A DNA stretch of 63,636 bases, filler included, from Nemertoderma westbladi (taxonomy: Eukaryota > Animalia > Xenacoelomorpha), in NCBI GenBank assembly GCA_032718475.1. It is 4 parts of 4 records of this genome, joined end to end, with 100 filler letters (N's around TTAATTAATTAA, not from the genome) between each part and the next. Parts side by side here need not be neighbours in the genome. Positions count along the whole stretch, not along the records: positions 45,752 to 59,115 come from JAUCBJ010008036.1; positions 59,216 to 63,636 come from JAUCBJ010004914.1; 2 more parts are not named here. One strand, written 5' to 3'. Below are positions 57,873-63,636 of the stretch, in pieces. Below the pieces are notes generated by a model. That model was not told the DNA's origin. It saw only the letters and a list, made by a program, of their open reading frames with translations, and made no database searches. Made by a program: the position numbers and the translations under genes. The stretch's first letter is position 1. Each line of letters starts with the position of its first letter.

Positions 57873-58300
57873 CTAAGGTCTGGCACAGCTACGTCATCCA
57901 GTTGTTTGGCAACCGACGGTGCCGTCCCGTTTAGGTTTAACGAGGTTTTCGTTAAGTTCCGAGTAATATTGTAGAGCGCCGCTTTCAGTCTGTCTGTCTC
58001 GTTAGTAACGGCCTCTTCTCGAGTTCGTTCCCGTATCGCCGCCCCGTAGAACTTCGGATTGACTTGAACGTTCTGGTTATTAACCCGGAGGTATTTGTTT
58101 TTATGATGCCGTTCCGATACCACGGAGTCCCGATGGAGAATCCCGGAGACGAATACCTGAAACAGGACGAAGAAGAACCCCAACAGGAATATAAGGAGTA
58201 AGGCTTGGGGTTGGCCTTGGTTACCATAGTTACGGTAGGTCGGATCCGGGTAATAATCTAAGTTCGTGCGAGTAAATAACGCTCTATGTTGTCTAGGCAT
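57873..58300 (-). CDS. Probable first coding exon of a type II membrane protein (Golgi glycosyltransferase-like topology)
   Basis: ATG at 58300 in a GC-rich context; short N-tail, single TM (ALLLIFLLGFFFVLFQVFVSGIL), stem with N-x-T sequons (NET, NIT, NLT, NGT); ends at donor-like AG|GTAACG. Confidence 0.6.
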
Positions 58301-58881
58301 CGCCGCGGTAGACCGGACTGCCGGACGGTGTCCCGCGCTGCCGCGTGCAGGCGTGTACCGGTACCGGTAGCACAGCGAGCAAGTTATCTGTCGCGAAGCA
58401 CGAAAGCCAAGGCCGCAATGAAAACCAGAAATGAACGTCAAACTGATAAATTTAGAAGTTTTTAATTTTGAACATAGGCCTATACAGCTATAGACCTACC
58501 AGTCTGCCAGTGACACCATCAACTGAGCGAGGAAATTGTTTTAGAATTAATTACGGTACCTACCGACCGGCAGCCAAATAAATATAGGCCTATTCAGCTA
58601 TTGATAATCAGTAAAGGTATGGATGCAGGGATGGGACAGGGACGCTACGAACGGTACGCAGGTACGGTAGGCCTATTGCTGTATTCAGTATGAGTCGTGG
58701 TACAGTCTGACGATGACATTTTTTTTTTATTTCCTAATAGGCAATGTAGCCAATTAAGGCTATGATTGACATTTGACAGCACAGAGAATATACAGTCCAT
58801 ATGAATGAAAACCGACAAGATAACAATGCTATTAGGGGCTATACTAAACTAAATACAGTAAATAACTACAGTATATTAACG

Positions 58882-58930
58882 GCGGGGTAGCTCAGTTGGT
58901 TGAGCGCCGGGCCTGCAATCTAGTGGTTGT
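58882..58930 (+). mobile_element. tRNA-derived SINE head fragment
   Basis: GCGGGGTAGCTCAGTTGGTTGAGCGCCGGGCCTGCAATCTA.TGGTTGT, same head as the other SINE copies; no B box. Confidence 0.7.
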
Positions 58931-59115
58931 TGACGGATGTTGAGCTGGGGTCCATTAAATATAAGCGTGGTTATGCAAATCAGTATATTAGTCAGACAAC
59001 AGTATATATGATCGAGCAAACATTAGGCCTAATCTAAACAGAAATTGGGTAGTCCGGTACATAAAACAGAAGTACTACACATACTTATTCCCAAGGGTTG
59101 CCAGGCAACCAGTTA

Positions 59116-59215
59116 NNNNNNNNNNNNNNNNNNNNNNNNNNNNNNNNNNNNNNNNNNNNTTAATTAATTAANNNNNNNNNNNNNNNNNNNNNNNNNNNNN
59201 NNNNNNNNNNNNNNN
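59116..59215. other. Artificial contig spacer
   Basis: N44-TTAATTAATTAA-N44. Confidence 0.97.
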
Positions 59216-60183
59216 ACCCGAGGGTAGGGGTGGGCGCTACTCCTATCTGCTACCCGAGGGTAGGGGTGGGCGCTACTCCTATCTGCTACCCGAGGGTAGG
59301 GGTGGGCGCTACTCCTATCTGCTACCCGAGGGTAGGGGTGGGCGCTACTCCTATCTGCTATCCGAGGGTAGGGGTGGGCGCTACTCCTCTCTGCTACCCG
59401 AGGGTAGGGGTGGGCGCTACTCCTATCTGCTACCCGAGGGTAGGGGTGGGCGCTACTCCTATCTGCTATCCGAGGGTAGGGGTGGGCGCTACTCCTCTCT
59501 GCTACCCGAGGGTAGGGGTGGGCGCTACTCCTATCTGCTATCCGAGGGTAGGGGTGGGCGCTACTCCTCTCTGCTACCCGAGGGTAGGGGTGGGCGTTAC
59601 TCCTATCTGCTACCCGAGGGTAGGGGTGGGCGTTACTCCTATCTGCTACCCGAGGGTAGGGGTGGGCGTTACTCCTATCTGCTACCCGAGGGTAGGGGTG
59701 GGCGTTACTCCTATCTGCTACCCGAGGGTAGGGGTGGGCGCTACTCCTCTCTGCTACCCGAGGGTAGGGGTGGGCGTTACTCCTATCTGCTACCCGAGGG
59801 TAGGGGTGGGCGTTACTCCTATCTGCTACCCGAGGGTAGGGGTGGGCGTTACTCCTATCTGCTACCCGAGGGTAGGGGTGGGCGTTACTCCTATCTGCTA
59901 CCCGAGGGTAGGGGTGGGCGCTACTCCTATCTGCTATCCGAGGGTAGGGGTGGGCGCTACTCCTCTCTGCTACCCGAGGGTAGGGGTGGGCGCTACTCCT
60001 CTCTGCTACCCGAGGGTAGGGGTGGGCGCTACTCCCATCTGCTACCCGAGGGTAGGGGTGGGCGCTACTCCTCTCTGCTACCCGAGGGTAGGGGTGGGCG
60101 TTACTCCTATCTGCTACCCGAGGGTAGGGGTGGGCGCTACTCCTCTCTGCTACCCGAGGGTAGGGGTGGGCGTTACTCCTATC
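59216..60183. repeat. 36-bp G-rich minisatellite derived from SINE body (~27 units)
   Basis: Unit TACCCGAGGGTAGGGGTGGGCGCTACTCCTATCTGC; its reverse complement contains CCCTACCCTCGGGTAGCAG as in the SINE at 39230-39248. Confidence 0.95.
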
Positions 60184-60323
60184 CCAAGATTTGCTCCCAG
60201 TTATTTAACTGGTACTCATTTTATCGACCCCAGTGGATGAAAGGCTGAGTGGACCCTGACGGGGCTGAACCTACAACCAATAGATTGCAGGCCCGGCGTT
60301 TTTATCCAACTGAGCTATCCCGC
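60184..60323 (-). mobile_element. tRNA-derived SINE 5' half running into the 36-bp array
   Basis: Minus strand GCGGGATAGCTCAGTTGG...GGTTCAGCCCCG..CCACTCAGCCTTTCATCC..GGGTCGATAAAATGAGTACCAG..CTGGGAGCAAA. Confidence 0.85.
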
Positions 60324-60919
60324 TTTTCCTAAAGATTTACAAAGTGTAAAATATGTAGCACTTTTTATAAGCACTTTCCATGCCTGCAAATTGTTAATTC
60401 CCCATTTTACACATGTATCGCGTGACGCGAAGGTTGTACAACAATGAATGAGGGTAAAGAAATTGGTTAAAAAAAAGAAACCTAACATGTTATGAGTTAC
60501 AACGTTGAATCTGGCTGATTTCGATTGTATTGTTAGGGTAATCAGGGTTTGGAATGAAGTCAAAAGTACAACAATTCCAATCTACAGATAGAGATAATAA
60601 AAAATTATCAAATATGTCGTTTAGTAATTAATGAGTAAAAAGTTAATAATGACAACTGAAGAAGTTATTTATTACAAGTTAACTACTGATGGACTATTAG
60701 CTGATACACAACAAAGTAAACGAAAATAGATTTGTTTCATAGCCATCAGCAACACTGAATAATGATAATAAATTATTAATAAGATGCGAAAACCACAGTT
60801 TTTGCTTTATGTAATAAACTAAACATTTTAAGGAATTAATAATTTATGCTAAATCATAGCAGGATGTAACGGCATTTTACTTAAAGTGAAAGGTGAACCC
60901 TCCCAAGTCCAGAATCTCT

Positions 60920-61105
60920 TTCAAGTTGATTTATGTATGTCATAGCTGGTCGTCAACGGCTATGCTTTCCTTGTGTTGGCTGCCAGAAAAGTAGATCTGG
61001 TATGACCTCATGTTTACTAATCCAGCAGTGCCCGAGGAATTTAATGTGTTAACGGAGTAGGGTTGATACAGGCAGTACGTACCATAAAGTACGACGGCAT
61101 TTGTG
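60920..61105 (-). mobile_element. Old RTE family A fragment
   Basis: TTTCAAGTTGAT..GGTCGTC..TGCCAGAAAAGTAGATCTGGTATGACCTC..CCAGCAGTGCCC..GTACCATAAAG aligns with 17259-17450. Confidence 0.75.
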
Positions 61106-62084
61106 TCTACTGTTGACAGTGACACAGAACCATTCGAGGTATTATGGGGCGTCCTCCAGGGAGACACACTTGCACCATTCTTATGGTGTCTTTATGTTCT
61201 ACGCATGTCCTTAGATCATCATAATGATGATGGGGTGATGGTAACTGCACCTACTGGCTCCATAAGTCGAGGAAATCCTGCCAAGTACCTAACTGATCTA
61301 GACTTTGCTGATGACTTAGGAGTACTCTCAGAATCACTAGAGGGAGCCCAACGGCTCCTCAGCTCATTAGAACATGCTGCTTCTAGTGTTGGTCTTTTTA
61401 TTAACTCCAGAAAGACCAAAATTCTGACAGTTAACTTTGAAAGTCCTCAGCAAATCTCTGATCGGATGAGCATAAGCTCAAAGGATGGTATGCTTGAGCA
61501 TGTGGACGACTTCTGTTACCTGGGATCATGGATCCGGAAGTCAGGTGAGGACCTTCGAATACGTAAGGGAAAGGCATGGGCAGCTTTGAAAGGGCTTTCC
61601 AGGATTTGGAGGTCACACATAATTCATTGGAATCTTAAGGTCCGAATATTTAGAGCAGCAGTAGTTCCAGTACTCCTCTATGGGAGTCCATGCTGGGCTC
61701 TAACTGCTGAGGACACCAAATCTCAGGATGGCACATTCACAAGAATGCTACGCCGGGTTCATTGTGTCAAGTACAATGCACACATCTCCAACCAGACACT
61801 ATAACATTGGAGGTGTCTCATTGGTTCCCCCAAGCTTGACACTAGAAAAAGTCGCCTCCGCTTTGCAGGACATTGCTTTCGCCGTGAGGACCAGCCAGTG
61901 CATAATCTTGTGCTTTGGTTGGCAGCCTCATGGAGTGAATAAGCATGGTGGACAGCCCATGACTTTCTTGAGACACATCTTAAAGGACACTGGCCTTGAA
62001 GATGCGGATGATCTAGCAAATGTCATGGGTGATAGGGAGTTGTGGCGGCGCAATTTTTTCGATAAGCCGGCACAGCATTCTTAA
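61103..62084 (+). mobile_element. RTE LINE fragment (family B), frameshifted
   Basis: GVLQGDTLAPFL, DLDFADD, FCYLGS, LLYGSPCW, then RLRFAGHC in an alternate frame. Confidence 0.88.
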
Positions 62085-63289
62085 AAATGCAGCTGCATGC
62101 AGCATGCCGATCCTAGTAGTACATGCTTGCTACGTAGCCAACTACAGAGTTGACTACATAAATGAGACAGTCTACCCACTGCATCAATCTTTATTAATAC
62201 CACTTTACCTGCTAGGTAGACAGTCTAGTGTAGCAAGTAGACAGTCGGTCTAGGTTAGCAAGTAGTCGATCTCACAAAATTTCAGGGTAGACAGTCTATG
62301 TAGACCGACTACCCCAAAAAGAGGGTAGACGGTCTACGTAGTTGGTTTTATTAATACGGCACCTAGGTCTCAGAACCGTAAAAAAGTGCACATTCCGCTG
62401 AATTGAGCAGTTGTAATTTCTTCAATTTTGTTAGCCAATCACAAGAAGTAAATATGTAAGGCACTATAGAAACACTAAAAGAATTCATAACATAATAAAA
62501 GTATTAGGGCCAAGGAATTCTCACTGCACATTTCTGGGTGAGCGTGCATATGGCTGATTGCCAGATATTATCCAACTCGAATTAGATCAAATCAGTTCCA
62601 ATTTGATCATCACCATCTCGATCCGTTATATTTTTTAAAGTAGACAGGATATTTATCGCGTCCCATATGCGTCTTGTCACAGTTCATATTTATTATTTAA
62701 ATCAATTAATTATGCAAACGGAGTTACAGTATGACAGGAACTCATTGCAAAAAGACAGGGTGTGGCTGTATTAATGACTATCTCCCGCCCAGATATTGGA
62801 TTGGTCAAACTCACGCACACTAGCACAAACAAAACACTATGTTATTGTAGCCTTAGCCTATACAATGATATTTCGTGCCGCAATTTTCATCCACAGACTT
62901 TACACTTTTCTCGATGCAGTAAGCAGATCTCGTCGGGTCTAGCTAGTATCGAAACCTGCTTAACGATTATTATGGCCAATCCACCGGTTTTCTATCTAAC
63001 CCCTTGTCTGGGATCGCCTGCACACAGTTCTCGGTCAGAAGCTGGGGGAAAGAATCCCGGTCGATGGTTTGATTTGGAGAAATGGAGAGTTCAATAAAAT
63101 AAGCTTAGTTGATTTTATGAAGTATATTGAGGCAGTTGTCTAAATACGTTGCTGGGCAACGTACTATTAATGGACAACGTACTATTAATGGACAACGTAA
63201 CAATTTTAAGTTCACATCAAGGAACATGAGGTCGCCATTTTACATTTTACAACATGGGGTACATCATTTTCTGACAACTCTTCGATTTA

Positions 63290-63636
63290 TCACTCTAAGC
63301 ATCTCTCTCAAAATTGGTTTTGGCTATAATTTGGAATATAGGTACATAAGATGCTATTCTACATGACAGGTCAGAAAAATTTTATTTTTCGCAATTTAAT
63401 ATTAGTTAATACTAGTTAACAATAAAGAAAACTTGGTTGCGCTTAAAACCCTAAGGCTTTTAAAGTTTTGAATCTAATCACATTAAATGGGGCAACATAA
63501 CTATCAGGCAAAATTTTGTGTAAATAATTATGCACCGCTAGGTGTTGCTGCAACTTTATGCTAATTTTTTAGGTTAGTTATAAATTATTACATTTTATTA
63601 ACACAAAATTTCGAAAAGTTGTCTGATACTTTTATG
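63290..63636 (-). mobile_element. Partial copy of the MITE at 22673-23378
   Basis: GCTATTCTACATGACAGGTCAGAAAA..TTAATATTAGTTAATACTAGTTAAC..TTGGTTGCGCTTAAAACCCTAAGGCTTT is the reverse complement of 23170-23280. Confidence 0.85.

Noticed and set aside
59230-60240. 336-aa GATPICYPRVGV ORF
   Set aside because: 36-bp SINE-derived array.

Overview
Eukaryotic (animal-type) repeat-rich DNA made of four pieces joined by artificial 100-bp spacers (N44-TTAATTAATTAA-N44 at 22573, 45652 and 59116), so links across spacers are not physical adjacency. Host genes: a SETD2/Set2 H3K36 methyltransferase encoded as one uninterrupted 3864-codon ORF, and the probable first coding exon of a type II membrane protein. 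The rest is mostly transposable elements and satellites: a Neptune-like Penelope retroelement with a satellite and minimal hammerhead ribozymes in its 3' region, RTE LINE fragments, a decayed Mag-like Gypsy element, tRNA-derived SINEs, MITE/foldback elements and several minisatellites. The most interesting observation is an intact 1419-aa ORF with a DEDDy (RNase D/WRN-like) 3'-5' exonuclease fold and CCHC zinc knuckles. It lies directly upstream of a purine tract and a ~1.26-kb TGTA...TACA LTR. Two more copies of that LTR sit in a satellite on another piece, and a decayed, divergent homolog of the exonuclease lies at ~50.5-51.9 kb. Together these suggest an LTR-retroelement family carrying an exonuclease cargo gene. 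All calls were made by eye, without database searches.
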